DNA of 64,000 nucleotides, taken from NCBI GenBank assembly GCA_963813075.1, contig CAWEXU010000013.1, positions 128,001 to 192,000 of the forward strand, given 5' to 3'. Under the pieces are notes generated by a model, which was not told the origin of the DNA, did not search any database, and saw nothing but the letters and a program-made list of their open reading frames with translations. Position 1 is the first letter of the stretch. Every line of letters begins with the position of its first letter. Below are positions 47,671-58,710 of the stretch, one piece after another. Made by a program: the position numbers and the translations under genes. The DNA comes from Methanotrichaceae archaeon. GTDB lineage: Archaea > Halobacteriota > Methanosarcinia > Methanotrichales > Methanotrichaceae.

Positions 47671-48973
47671 CTACTCCGTCCAGTCCAGGACCGCCAGCCA
47701 GTCGAAGTCGGTGAAGCTCTCCGGCCCCAGGGGGAAGTAGGTGGGATTCTTCGCGCTCCCGGACCGGCGGGGGAGGGAGGCGATCTCATCTGCAGGAAGC
47801 CCCTGACCTTTGAAGGTAGGGATGAGTCGCGCCGGTCCGGCTGAGGCGGTCAGCCGCGCCTCCAGGGTACGGTCCTCGGGTCTTCCGATGCCATTGGCAT
47901 CTGACATCCCAACTGCTGTCCCTATGACTGCATAGCCTGGGCCCAGGATCTGGTCCAGGTGCGAGCCCGCCGGCCACCAGGAATAAAGGTCATCCAGATA
48001 TTGCCATTCGGCCCGACCTCGCTGTAGATGGCGGTTATGGGCGAAGGCCAGCACCCGTCCTCCTCCGCAGCCCTCCCGGGATGCTATGTAGGCCAGGTTT
48101 TCCGCCATCATGACATCACGAATGCCAAGCAGCCTGCTCGTCCGGTCGGTCGAGTTGCCGGCAAGCTCGGCATGATAGCTGAGCTGTTGCCGGGCAAGGG
48201 CAGCATAATGCACCGCCTCATGATAGCGAGCGCTATCGCTTCTGGCCACCAGCTCGGGCCTGCGAACGAGCAGCTCCTCATTCAGATCCTCCGTTTCTGC
48301 TCGCAGGGCGACCGCGTTGGGAGAGCGGCCAACGGACTTGGCCGGATCGATCAGATGCATCTGGATTATCCCAATCGGAGTCCTGGCCCAGGAGCGGATC
48401 GATCCTTTGCCGGTGCTGCTCGCACTGGGCAGTGTCGATTGAGCCCAGGTAGTCCAGGACGAAATGCACCAGCTGCTTTGGGCTGTCGCTGCCCATCATC
48501 TCCGTCGGGCTGTCAAAGCCGTAGAAATGGAGCTTGTGGGGATGAGACGGATCGGCATTGTACTCTTTCATCCACTCCACCAGCTCTCGATTGGCATCGA
48601 TGCGGCCAAAGCCGTGGCTGAATCCCTACTCCAGGATTTCGTCGTATGATTCCGGGCCCAGGCCGGCGATATACTCGTCCACCAGCCGGCCGCGGGGAAA
48701 GCTGCTCTCAATGGCGATGGCCGCAAAGCCGTGCTTTTCCACCAGGCGAATGAAAAGCCGGTTGCGCAAGAGGAGGATGTCGCGGCTTCCGTGGAGGGCC
48801 TCTCCCAAGCCCAGGAGCCTCACTGAGCCTCCTATCCTGGTCATCGCCTCGTCTATGGCATAGTTGAGCGTTTCTATTGAATCAAGAGAGAACGGGACCG
48901 CCTTGGCATTGATCCATTCGTCAAGGGTGGCATACTCTGGCTCAAGGCCGTTTTTTCGAGATGATCTGACCAT
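47671..48973 (-). pseudogene. Erythromycin esterase family protein, with an in-frame TAG at 48626 and a frameshift near 48355
   Basis: LGLGEALHG, AIAIES, HFYGFD, RDVMMAEN and AFAHNRHL motifs spread over three fragments. Confidence 0.8.
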
Positions 48974-49100
48974 TAAAAAGAACCTCCGGCATATCAGGAT
49001 TACACATCGATATCATAAAGTGGATGTCATGAAGGCGGTTATTCTTTATGGTAATTGAACCCGAATGACACAAAATAAGAACCATATCACAAATCAAGCA

Positions 49101-49526
49101 TCAAATTCGCTTGCATCTTACTTCATCCTGACTTTTTTTCACTAAATAGTATCCCGCAGCAAGAGCAAGGATGATAAATCCGATGCCCACAAGAGTTAAA
49201 CTCTGCATCTCTTTAGAATCTAAAATAATTACTTTTCTGGCCAGAGCGATCATAGCGACTAAGAAGACGACCTGCACATTGATAGCATGTTCTTTAAGAT
49301 AAATTCTAAACGTCTCTAAAAGCTCGATGCCTATTAAAATCAGCAGAAAATACCCAAATATATTAAGCAGCTCATTTGCATCTAATAGAATAAATGGTGG
49401 GGATAATATATCCAGGGCCATGATGTAAACCAGCTCCAAAGTAGCCAGCAGCAAAATAACTGCCATTAGAGCTGTTAAAACCGTAATAATTGTCTTATGG
49501 AATGTATCCAGGTAGCTCATAAGCAT
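49101..49526 (-). CDS. Phosphate-starvation-inducible PsiE-like membrane protein
   Basis: LLILIGIELLET..VAMIALARKVIILD; four TM segments. Confidence 0.85.
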   Translation of the reverse strand: MLMSYLDTFHKTIITVLTALMAVILLLATLELVYIMALDILSPPFILLDANELLNIFGYFLLILIGIELLETFRIYLKEHAINVQVVFLVAMIALARKVIILDSKEMQSLTLVGIGFIILALAAGYYLVKKSQDEVRCKRI

Positions 49527-49769
49527 CACCATTATGCAGCGGTTACGATTATGTATATCTATTATAAATATGCATAATACCTTGGAATATAGATGTGCCG
49601 CCTGGAGTGGTTTGATTGAAGCATTCCGATTCCGAGAGTGCGACCTCAAGCTATCGGGACTCAAGACACCATCAGAACCGATTATGGAAATAATGGAATG
49701 CAGAAGAATGGAGTGCAAGGGACTCAGATAAAAAAGGAATAAGGAAAAATATAAACTGTATAAAAAAGA

Positions 49770-51196
49770 TCACTTCTTTTTTTTCTTGCTGAAGAATTCG
49801 ATCGCCTCGGCCAGTTCCCTGTGATCCTTCGCATAGTCCGCGATGTCGATCTTCTTTATGTAGGCCTCGCATGCCTGCACCAGGGCCATCGCACCGGCGC
49901 GTGTTCCTCTCGGGTGAGCGTGGCAACCGGCGCCCATGGTTGTGATGAAATCGACTCCGCCCATGACATCGATGAAAGGCTCGAGAAGCGTCGGGTTCAG
50001 TCCTCCAGAGATGATCGGGCAGCATTTCTTGAGGCCGCGCCAGGAGTCGTCCTCCAGGACAACCTGGTGAGCATCGTCCATCTCCACCATCTTGATGGCA
50101 TCCTCGTCCTGCGGCGGGATCCTTCCCCAGTTCTGGGTGAAGAAGTGACCTTTGCCCTCGACTTTCAGGATGTTCCTCGCCGCAGTTACGTCCTCCTCGG
50201 GGCTGCCTGCCATCTTGCCGACGCCTGCCGTCCCGGTGTGGATACCTGATGCGCCTGCCAGCCTGGCAAACTTCGAGAGCACGAGCACCGAGAAGCCGAT
50301 GGGGTTCTCGGTCTGGTAAAGCCACCGTGGCCCGCCCGGTGGAAGTGCAAAAAGACATCCGGATACCTCCGCCTGAGCGTCTGGACCGCCATCCACCCGG
50401 CGGTGATGCCGTCTATGAGGAAAGCGTACGAACCCGGCTCGAAGCCCGCCTCCCTGATCATCTCACACCTTTCGATCATGGTGTCGAAATCGGCTGAGGA
50501 TACATTGAACGAGTGGACCTTCTTCTTCCCCGTCTCCTTGACTGCCTTGTCCATGGCCATCTTGACATACTTGACCATCTTGTCGTAGGGGCAGAAGTCC
50601 TGGTCGGCTTGGGGCTCGTCGTTCTTGACGAAGTCGCCTCCGCCCACCCAGAAGTCGTAGCAGACCTCGGCGTACTCAGACGAGGTGAGTCCCATCTTGG
50701 GCTTGATTATGGTCCCCAGTATCGGCCTGTCGTGCACATTGAGGTAGTTTCTCATGTCGTCGAGTGTGTAGCTTGGGCCGTCGTACTGCTCCAGCATGGA
50801 CGGGGGGAACCAGATGTCCAGGAGCTTGAGAGCCTTGATCTCCTTCATGCCCAGGGCGTTCCCGGCAATGTAGGTCATGATGTTCTGGACGTTGCCGTTC
50901 CTATCGAACAGGCGCCAGGGATAGGCGATCCAGACCAGGTTCTTCTCGATGTCCACCTTGTAGACCAGGGCGTTCATCACCCTTGAGAAGGGAGTCTCGG
51001 TCTTCACGGGAAAATTGGTGCCTGTTGAGCTCTCGGATGCGACCTCGGCGGCGGCTTGCATGATGTTGAGCTCGCCGCCGGGGATCAGGTGAAAGACGGC
51101 CAGAAGATACTCGCCGTTCCTCGGATCAGGAAGGTCCATCCTCGTGTACTGGACCTGCTTTGGGTTGAGCGTTTTTAGGAGTTCTTCTTGAATCAT
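49770..51196 (-). CDS. rbcL: RuBisCO large subunit, form II/III type (frameshift near 50312)
   Basis: ASESSTGT, GTIIKPKMGL, GGDFVKNDE, HFHRAGHG, HTGTAGVGKM, PIISGG and HAHPRG motifs, with an insertion before SWRG. Confidence 0.92.
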
Positions 51197-51322
51197 TGAA
51201 AAAACCTTCCGGTTCTGCATACAGGCCATTGCATATATTTGTTTGTCATCTAATCCAAAAAATCGGGCCGCTACTTTCAGCAGATGGATTTTCCAATACA
51301 AAGCATTCTGCGGGCGAAAGAA

Positions 51323-51406
51323 TGCGGGGTACGGGATTCGAACCCGCGAACTCCTGCGAGACAGGATCTTAAGTCCTGCGCCTTTGGCCAGCTTGGCGAA
51401 CCCCGC
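51323..51406 (-). tRNA. tRNA-Leu(UAA)
   Basis: Reverse complement GCGGGGTTCGCCAAGCTGGCCAAAGGCGCAGGAC-TTAAGA-TCCTG...GGTTCGAATCCCGTACCCCGCA; long variable arm; CCA not encoded. Confidence 0.95.
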
Positions 51407-51636
51407 GACCTATGTTAAGACCGCCGCTCATAATAGGATCTGATGGATAAATAGTTTCCCCGAATGGTTCTCTGAAAAAGGAGAATTGCTGTTTAGAGGC
51501 AAAGGGAAGGCCTTCTCGGCCTGCTCTTTGCCGATATCGCATCAGGGGTCGGCTTATGCCTAAAGCCCAAGCCTATGCCAGTGCTTGTATACTCTCTTAC
51601 TGGTCGTATCTTGATATTATTGATTTATCGTATTGC

Positions 51637-52231
51637 TCATTCCGGAGGCAGAACCTGTCCGCTCTCGCTCTCTGCTGTCGCCTCGCCCTTGGCCACCTGC
51701 AGGCTGTTGACCAGGTTCATGGTCACATCCTCGGGGAAAGTGGAGACGTATACTTACGCTGGTTTTGCCCACCGAAACCGGTCCACATTCGCACTTCTCG
51801 CCGTCAAGCCAGTAAACAACCTCATAACGGGTGATACCCGCTGGAGCCATTTCGTTGTATGAATTGGGGACTGCGCTGACCATGAATCCTTCCTTCCCAT
51901 CTATGGTAATGTCATCCACACTGGTTACATTATACAAGTTGAGCAGAGCGGTCAATGCGGATATTTGTTTTTGAGGCACAAGTGTTGCATCTATCGGCTC
52001 GTTGTACTCGCTTATAATCACGCTCACCCAGGTGGTGTTGTCTGCAGATGCCTGCAAGACATATGTGGTGGCAGATTCAGCCACATTTGGCTCCAATTCA
52101 GCCACTTCGTACTGCAGATCAGTATTCATGTCGAAGTTAACTACATACGGTCCAAGCTGATGGCTCTCCGGCGCAGCTGTAGCCAGAGAGGAGAGCATCA
52201 GCACCAATGCAAATGCTAATATCGTTCTCAC
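51637..52231 (-). CDS. Secreted hypothetical protein (frameshift near 51748)
   Basis: Signal peptide MRTILAFALVLMLSSLATA; ITIDGKEG; the alternative frame gives STFPEDVTMNLVNSLQV..LPPE*. Confidence 0.7.
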
Positions 52232-52351
52232 TCAATTCACCGAGCCATCCATTGCTCTTCATCCTAGAAAAGTCTTGCTTTGATATAAATCTCGTATCAT
52301 CCCTACAAAAGAGCATTAGTATCAAATAGCGATAATGGCGAACGGATTCAC

Positions 52352-52819
52352 ATGAGATATGGCTGCGAGGGGCCGGGAATCTACACCCTTATCCTCTCCC
52401 TGCACAAGTGCGAGCAGATCGGCATAGGATCACTGGGTAAGATCGATTTCGCCCCCGGATACTATGCTTACACCGGCTCTGCCCGGGGGCCGGGCGGCTG
52501 CAAGAGGGTGGACCGGCACATAGAGATTTTGCAGGGCACAAGAAACACCCGGAGATGGCATATCGACTACCTCCTCGCCCAAGCGGGTTTGGTGGAGGTA
52601 TTCATAACCAGGACCTCGCGCGACCTGGAGTGCAGCATAGCAAGGGTGGTGGGAGAGCATCTGATACCGGTCAAGGGCTTCGGCTGCTCCGACTGCCGCT
52701 GCATCAGTCACCTTCATTATGGCAGGGATCTGGAAGGCACGAGGGCTGCTGTATCTCTGGCTCATTCTCTCGCCCATTCTCAGGCTGCATCAACGGCTTT
52801 GGAGCTCTCGCGAGATTGA
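52352..52819 (+). CDS. GIY-YIG (Uri/DUF123) nuclease family protein
   Basis: GIYTL..YAYTGSA, RWHIDYL and GFGCSDCRCISHL motifs. Confidence 0.88.
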   Translation: MRYGCEGPGIYTLILSLHKCEQIGIGSLGKIDFAPGYYAYTGSARGPGGCKRVDRHIEILQGTRNTRRWHIDYLLAQAGLVEVFITRTSRDLECSIARVVGEHLIPVKGFGCSDCRCISHLHYGRDLEGTRAAVSLAHSLAHSQAASTALELSRD

Positions 52820-53144
52820 TAAAAAATGGTAATCCGGCTTTTATTATAGGCCGTTATGCACCTGTGGTCCGCGACGCTTGCCCGCAGGAGGGGTCTATTT
52901 ATAAATCATATAAAATGAAAAAGTTAGTATGGAATAAGCATAAGTTCCGCAGATGCTGATATATCACTTACGCTATAAATCCAGAAGTATGCATGCACCG
53001 CCTTTTTTGCTCAAACATCCGAAACGCATTTATAGATTGAAATATAAAAATTGCTCAAAAGGGAAATAATCATAATAAATTAGCAGGGAACACCAATCAC
53101 GATCTATTGAAGGGATAGATCAGATATAGAAAGGGAGTAGTTGA

Positions 53145-56100
53145 ATGAGGAGGGGGAGCTCCAGGCTCAGACTACCTCGGGGGAAGCGTAGTCCGAAGGC
53201 AAGCCCTGTGCTTATGGGCATCGCCATATTTCTGGTTATTCTAGTCCCAACTATATTCTATCTATTCCCCGGAGGAGAAACCGGAGGGGTGGACTCCCAA
53301 TCCTCCAATTCGCTCTCCTCTGACCAGGATTCCGGGATCGGAAATCCCGCTGCCGCCTCCCTGGCACCAGAAGAAAAAGAGGATCCAGAAAGCCGTCCCT
53401 CTGAGCCGATTCTAAGGGTTGCCTCCTCAGACGTCTCATTGCTGGCACATGTCAACTCCACTCCGGAGCTCTCCCAGGTCTATCTGGAGAACAACGGCAT
53501 TACCAGTCTTCATAAGATTATGGTGACGGACCGGGATAGGTCTTTAGGCACCCTCTCTGAGCTTGACCCGGGGGAGAAGAAGGTCTTATCCTTAAGCGGC
53601 AGGGCGGAGAAGGTGGCGGTCTTCGCTTTAGACCCAACCGGCCTGGAGATTCAGGGACGGGTTTTGTACAACTCCACCAGGGAAGAGAAGAATGTACCAG
53701 ACGTTCTGGCCAAAGAGGGGATAGTCGAGCCGGTTTTATTCCCCATGTCCATTCCCGCCGGAGGGGCCATGCCGGTGGAGGCTCCGGCACCAATACCTGA
53801 AGAGCCGGCCAATCCAGCCGTCGCCCAGAACTCCAGCCCATCTCTGGCCCTGAATTTATCTGTTAATAGATCCGCCTGCCTGGCAGGGGAAGTGATAAGC
53901 TACCGATGCCTGGCCTCCAACATCGGCGAGGATGAGCTCTCCCGTGTCCTCATTACCTGCGGGGGCAAGGTCGCCTCTACCAGTTTCCTCACCCCGCATA
54001 AGGAGCTTCAGCTGGACGGCATTCTGCGGATCGAGAATAATACCCGGCTTACCGCTCAGGTCAGCGCCAAAGATGGCAAAGGCAATAACCATACCAATAT
54101 CACCAGCATCGATGTCCGCATGATCTCTCCCCAGATCGACCTCCTTCTCAAGGCTCCGGAGCTTGTTCACCGGGGGGAGAACGCCTCCATCCTGATCCAG
54201 ATCGAGAACAGCGGCAAGGATGACCTGACCGACCTTGAAGTCGACGATGGATTTGGAGCGGTGGCTAAAATCCCCGCCCTCGGGGCAGGAGAGGTCAAGA
54301 CGGTGCAACAGAGGAGGATAATTCTCCAAAGCCTGCCCTATGAGGTCACAGTCTCCGCAAGGGACGAATTGGGGGGAGAGGTCTATGCCAGCCAGATCCA
54401 AACGATTGCCGTGATGAACTCCTCCCTGGAGATTCAGAGCGATAAAGCAGAGGTGGCCGCATACCCCGGAGAGCCGGCAGAGGTCACCTGGGTCCTGAAG
54501 AACACCGGCCAGGAGATCCTTAAAAATGTCACATTGCAGGGCGACGGAACGGACTGCATTCTGCCCCAGATGCTCCCGGGAAAATCGGTGCGGATGGCAG
54601 CCATCTACCGCAAGAATTCCACTACCGTAATCAATGTCACCGCCCGGGGAACAGATATCCGCGGTTTTGAGACCGCGGCCAATGCCAGTGTGCTTATAAG
54701 GGCCATCCAGCCTGGGATAAGCTTGAAGGTCATGCCCGAAAATATCGAGGCCGCCCCGGGAGACACGGCAGAGATCAGCTGTCTGGTCAGCAACACCGGC
54801 GAGGACCAACTTCGTGGGGTGGTCATCACCCTGGATGGCGCAGCTCTCAGCTCGCTGGGCGACCTGGAGCCGGGAGAGTTCAGAGTGGTGGCGGCCGAAC
54901 CGCTGATCGAAGAGAACCGCACCCTGCAGTTCGCAGTTTCGGGAGAGGACTCTCTGGGTGTGGTCTGGTCGGACCGGGTGGCCGTCGAGGCAAAGACGGT
55001 CACAATGGCGATCAGGGTCTTCGCCAGCGCCTCGCCCTCGGCGGTGGCCCCCGGAGGCACCAGCAGCATCACCTGCACGGTGGCCAATCCGGGCAGCGTG
55101 CCACTGTACAACATCTTCGTGATCAGCGAAAGTCTTGGCCCGCTGGGCAGCATAGACTTCCTCTCCCCCAAGCACCAGAAGACGATCACCGCGAAAAAGA
55201 CGGTCAGCAGGGGAGGAGAAGACACCATAACTGCAGAGGGCTTCACCATGGACCGGAAGTCAGTGCGGGGTGAGCACCATCTGAACCTGGTCATAATGGA
55301 GGGCGCACCTGCAGAAAGGAGTGCTGAGCCGTCGGACGATTATCCGGAATACAGCGTCAGAATGGTTCCGTCTCGCGTCAGCTATGGAAACCAGAGCCTG
55401 CCCTTCAACCTGCCGGAAGAAGAATCGACCATCACCCAGGTTTCGGGAACGATGGGCAGGGATCTGGAGAAATCAGCTCAAAAGTCCAACAACGCCGTGG
55501 TAGAGGGAGTCTCAAACCTCCTCCGCTATGTGGAAAACCTCCTGGGCCTCTCCGGCGAAAAGGGTGATGATAGAGTAATGACAAATGATTCCGAAGCGAA
55601 TGATGAAAACCTCAGCTCCGACTCTCCACGCGAGGACGAACAGTTGCCCATGCCCTCCATCCAGCCCTCGATCAAACCTGAATTTCAGGAGAGGAACCTG
55701 TCTGGCTCGGAGAACTATGAGCTGAGCATCGAGGGAGTGAAAAGCTCTGAGCACGGGGCAATCGCCATTCTCGATGTGAACGCCCAGCCCAGCCAGCCGG
55801 CGGCAGAGGAGGATGTCAAGGTCACAGTTCATATCAGGAGTTCAACTCCGGTGGAGGATGCCTCGGTGAATTACGGGCTCTCTGATGCACCTTTAACCCG
55901 ACAGAGCATGATAGGAATTGACAGGGTCTATGAAACCGAGCTGGTCCTCGAGTCGGGAGACGAGATGGATGGATACTGGAGCGGCACCATACCCGGCAGA
56001 TCAGCAGGCACCTACATGCCTCTCTCCGTCTGGATAACTGATGGATCGAGCACGGCAGAGGGCGGACCCTACCTGATCCACTGGAGCACCGTCAACGTCG

Positions 56101-56634
56101 CTGCTAGATGCAAATAAAGAGGAAAGCGTCTCTACATCTTTAAATAAGAAGCTCTTCATTGAATCCTCCTCGGTAAAAGGCGAGGGAGAGGTCTCCATAA
56201 AGGAAAACTTCAATGGTGCGGCCATGCACTACAATGAAAAGATGATGGGCAACGGATCGATATCCATGGAGACCGAGAGGAGCATTGATAGAAGTCAATC
56301 AATAGACAGCTTCACCGAGAACAAGGACCTGGTTTTCACTGGCGGCAGCCTCAAAGGCCACAAGAGCGTCGAATCGCCAAGGTTCGATGGCGGCATGGGG
56401 GCCTCGGTCAGCGAGAGGTACAACCTCAGCCATGTGGACCGGTCTGAAAGCTCCAGCGTCTCCAGCGCCGGTTACGCCAACAACTCTCTGAACTTCAAGA
56501 CCGAACAGGCCTTCAATGGAACCTGGAATATTCAGACCAAGTACGCCAAGCTCTTCAAGAAGGTCAAGGCGGATCAGCAGTACAAGGGCTCCTTCCAGAC
56601 GGAGAAGGATATCCAGTTCCAGGACGCCAAGTAA
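53145..56634 (+). CDS. Large membrane-anchored protein with repeated Ig-like domains (frameshift near 56105 joins the 56224 ORF)
   Basis: N-terminal TM; repeated G(E/D)..xxNxG..L..V...L.PGE units. The frame upstream of 56224 is open back to about 56105. Confidence 0.75.
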
Positions 56635-56716
56635 AATACGGACTCATGATCCGATTCTGATATGATGCTCTGATATAATTGTGGCTATTAAAAAATCTAT
56701 AAATGGGACCGGGCTC

Positions 56717-57073
56717 TTAGCCCCGTCTGGCTCCTGCCGCCCCTCTCCAGATCTCGTCGTAATTGTCCAGGGACTCGATCTGATCGTGAATATCGATGCG
56801 GCGCTGAACCTCAGCCGCACGCAGGGTCTTTTCCATGGAAAGCCGCATCAATTCCCGGCTCTCGTCTTTTAGGCTCTCCGCCTCCTGCCAGAAGCTCTCC
56901 GCCAGCTCGGCATTAACCGGCCTGGTTTCTACGGACTTGCGGCGCAGCTCGATCTCCTTCTGGTTGAGTGCCTCGCTCTTCTCTCTCTCTTCCCTGGCCT
57001 GAGCTTGCAGCTCTGCTACCTCTTTCGCCATATCCTCTATGCTTCTGGCCACCAGATCCTTCTCCGAGAACAT
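56717..57073 (-). CDS. Hypothetical coiled-coil protein
   Basis: Glu/Arg-rich helical ORF immediately downstream of pdxT. Confidence 0.7.
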   Translation of the reverse strand: MFSEKDLVARSIEDMAKEVAELQAQAREEREKSEALNQKEIELRRKSVETRPVNAELAESFWQEAESLKDESRELMRLSMEKTLRAAEVQRRIDIHDQIESLDNYDEIWRGAAGARRG

Positions 57074-57074
57074 A

Positions 57075-57653
57075 TTAAGCCTCCAGCATCTTTAAAAACA
57101 ACTGATGAAATCGCATATCATCGGTCAGCTCAGGATGAAAGGCAAGGGCGAGCAGGTTCTTCTCCCGCACTGCCACCGCCGCTTTTCCCACCCTCGCCAG
57201 GACCTGGACATCTCCACCCACCTCGGATACCGCAGGAGCGCGGATGAAGACTGCCCGATAAGGACGGTCCATGCCCACTACATCCAGGTCCGCCTCAAAG
57301 GACTCCCTCTGAGGGCCAAAGGCATTCCGGCTGACTTTGATGTCCATCAGACCCAGGGGCTGGACATGCCTGTCGCCCTCTATCTCTTTGGAGATCAGCA
57401 CCAGACCGGCACAGGTGGCAAGGATGGGCTTGCCCGAGGTCGCTGCTGCCACCAGCTCCCCGACAAGACCTGAGCTATTCAATTGCTGGAAGATGGTGGT
57501 GCTCTCTCCACCGGGCAGGACCAGGGCGGAGCAGGACTTCATCTGGCCGGGCTTTCTGACCTCCAGCACTTCGATTCTCTCCGGAATCTTCTGCAGAGCA
57601 TTGACATGTTCCCAGACGTCGCCCTGCAGGGCCAGTACACCTATTTTTAGCAC
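57075..57653 (-). CDS. pdxT: Pyridoxal 5'-phosphate synthase glutaminase subunit
   Basis: GVLALQG, PGGESTT, TCAG, RNAFG, FIRAP and FHPELT motifs. Confidence 0.97.
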   Translation of the reverse strand: MLKIGVLALQGDVWEHVNALQKIPERIEVLEVRKPGQMKSCSALVLPGGESTTIFQQLNSSGLVGELVAAATSGKPILATCAGLVLISKEIEGDRHVQPLGLMDIKVSRNAFGPQRESFEADLDVVGMDRPYRAVFIRAPAVSEVGGDVQVLARVGKAAVAVREKNLLALAFHPELTDDMRFHQLFLKMLEA

Positions 57654-58559
57654 CTACCAGCCTCTCGTCTGCAGGGCTTCAGCTTCGGGAATGCTCGCAG
57701 CATCAAGGCCCTTCATGGCTGCTCCCAGACCCTTTGAGACCTCGGCCAGGTGAAGTGGGTCGTCATAATGATGCACTGCCTCCACTATCGCTTTGGCCAT
57801 TGCCTCCGGGCTCTCGGACTTGAATATGCCCGAGCCCACGAAGACCCCGTCGGCACCAAGCTGCATCATAAGAGCGGCATCTGCAGGCGTAGCCACTCCA
57901 CCGGCAGCGAAGTTGACCACCGGGAGGCGCTGCATTTTGGCGCACTCTTTGACCAGATCTAAATCGGCCTCGATCTCCCTGGCCACCTCCATCAGCTGAA
58001 GATCATCCATTCCCTTCAGGCTCCTGATCTGGCCCAGGATCATCCTCATATGCAGGACCGCCTGGCTAACGTCTCCAGTTCCTGCTTCGCCCTTGGTCCT
58101 GATCATGGCCGCCCCCTCTTTGATCCGCCGGCAGGCCTCTCCCAGGTTCCGGGCACCGCAGACGAAAGGAATGGTGAACCTGGTCTTTTCGATATGAAAT
58201 TCGTCCGCAGGGGTCAGGACCTCGGACTCATCCACCATATCCACGCCCAAGGCTTCCAGTATCTGAGCCTCGACAAAGTGGCCGATCCTGGCCTTTGCCA
58301 TGACCGGGATGGTCACCGCCTCTATGATCCCCTCAATGATCTGAGGATCTGCCATTCTGGCCACCCCGCCCATCTTCCTGATATCGGCGGGAACGGCATG
58401 CAAGGCCATTACGGCTACCGCGCCCGCTTCTTCCGCTATTATGGCCTGTTCAGGGTTTGTGACGTCCATGATCACTCCCCCTTTCTGCATCTTTGCGAAA
58501 CCGCGTTTGAGCAGTTCCGTACCAAATCGAAGATTTTCAAGTTCCATGAATTGCCCCAA
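57654..58559 (-). CDS. pdxS: Pyridoxal 5'-phosphate synthase lyase subunit
   Basis: [31 protein letters not shown] and [10 protein letters not shown] motifs. Confidence 0.97.
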   Translation of the reverse strand: MGQFMELENLRFGTELLKRGFAKMQKGGVIMDVTNPEQAIIAEEAGAVAVMALHAVPADIRKMGGVARMADPQIIEGIIEAVTIPVMAKARIGHFVEAQILEALGVDMVDESEVLTPADEFHIEKTRFTIPFVCGARNLGEACRRIKEGAAMIRTKGEAGTGDVSQAVLHMRMILGQIRSLKGMDDLQLMEVAREIEADLDLVKECAKMQRLPVVNFAAGGVATPADAALMMQLGADGVFVGSGIFKSESPEAMAKAIVEAVHHYDDPLHLAEVSKGLGAAMKGLDAASIPEAEALQTRGW

Positions 58560-58710
58560 ATGTTCTTAAGGGGAAAGCTAGGCCTAGAGAATAAATAAAC
58601 TTTGCCCCGACGGACTGCGATATCTCTTGAAAAAATGAGATGAAAGCGGAAAAGATCGGGGAGAGAAAAAGAGCCATAAAAGGAAGGAACTGGGCCCTTC
58701 CTATTCTCTC

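Noticed and set aside
2629..51196. mtnA/mtnP and rbcL as one salvage gene cluster
   Set aside because: They are about 45 kb apart with unrelated genes between, so there is no positional evidence.
51323..51406. tRNA-Leu as an integration site
   Set aside because: I saw no duplicate of its 3' end and no adjacent integrase; rbcL follows directly.
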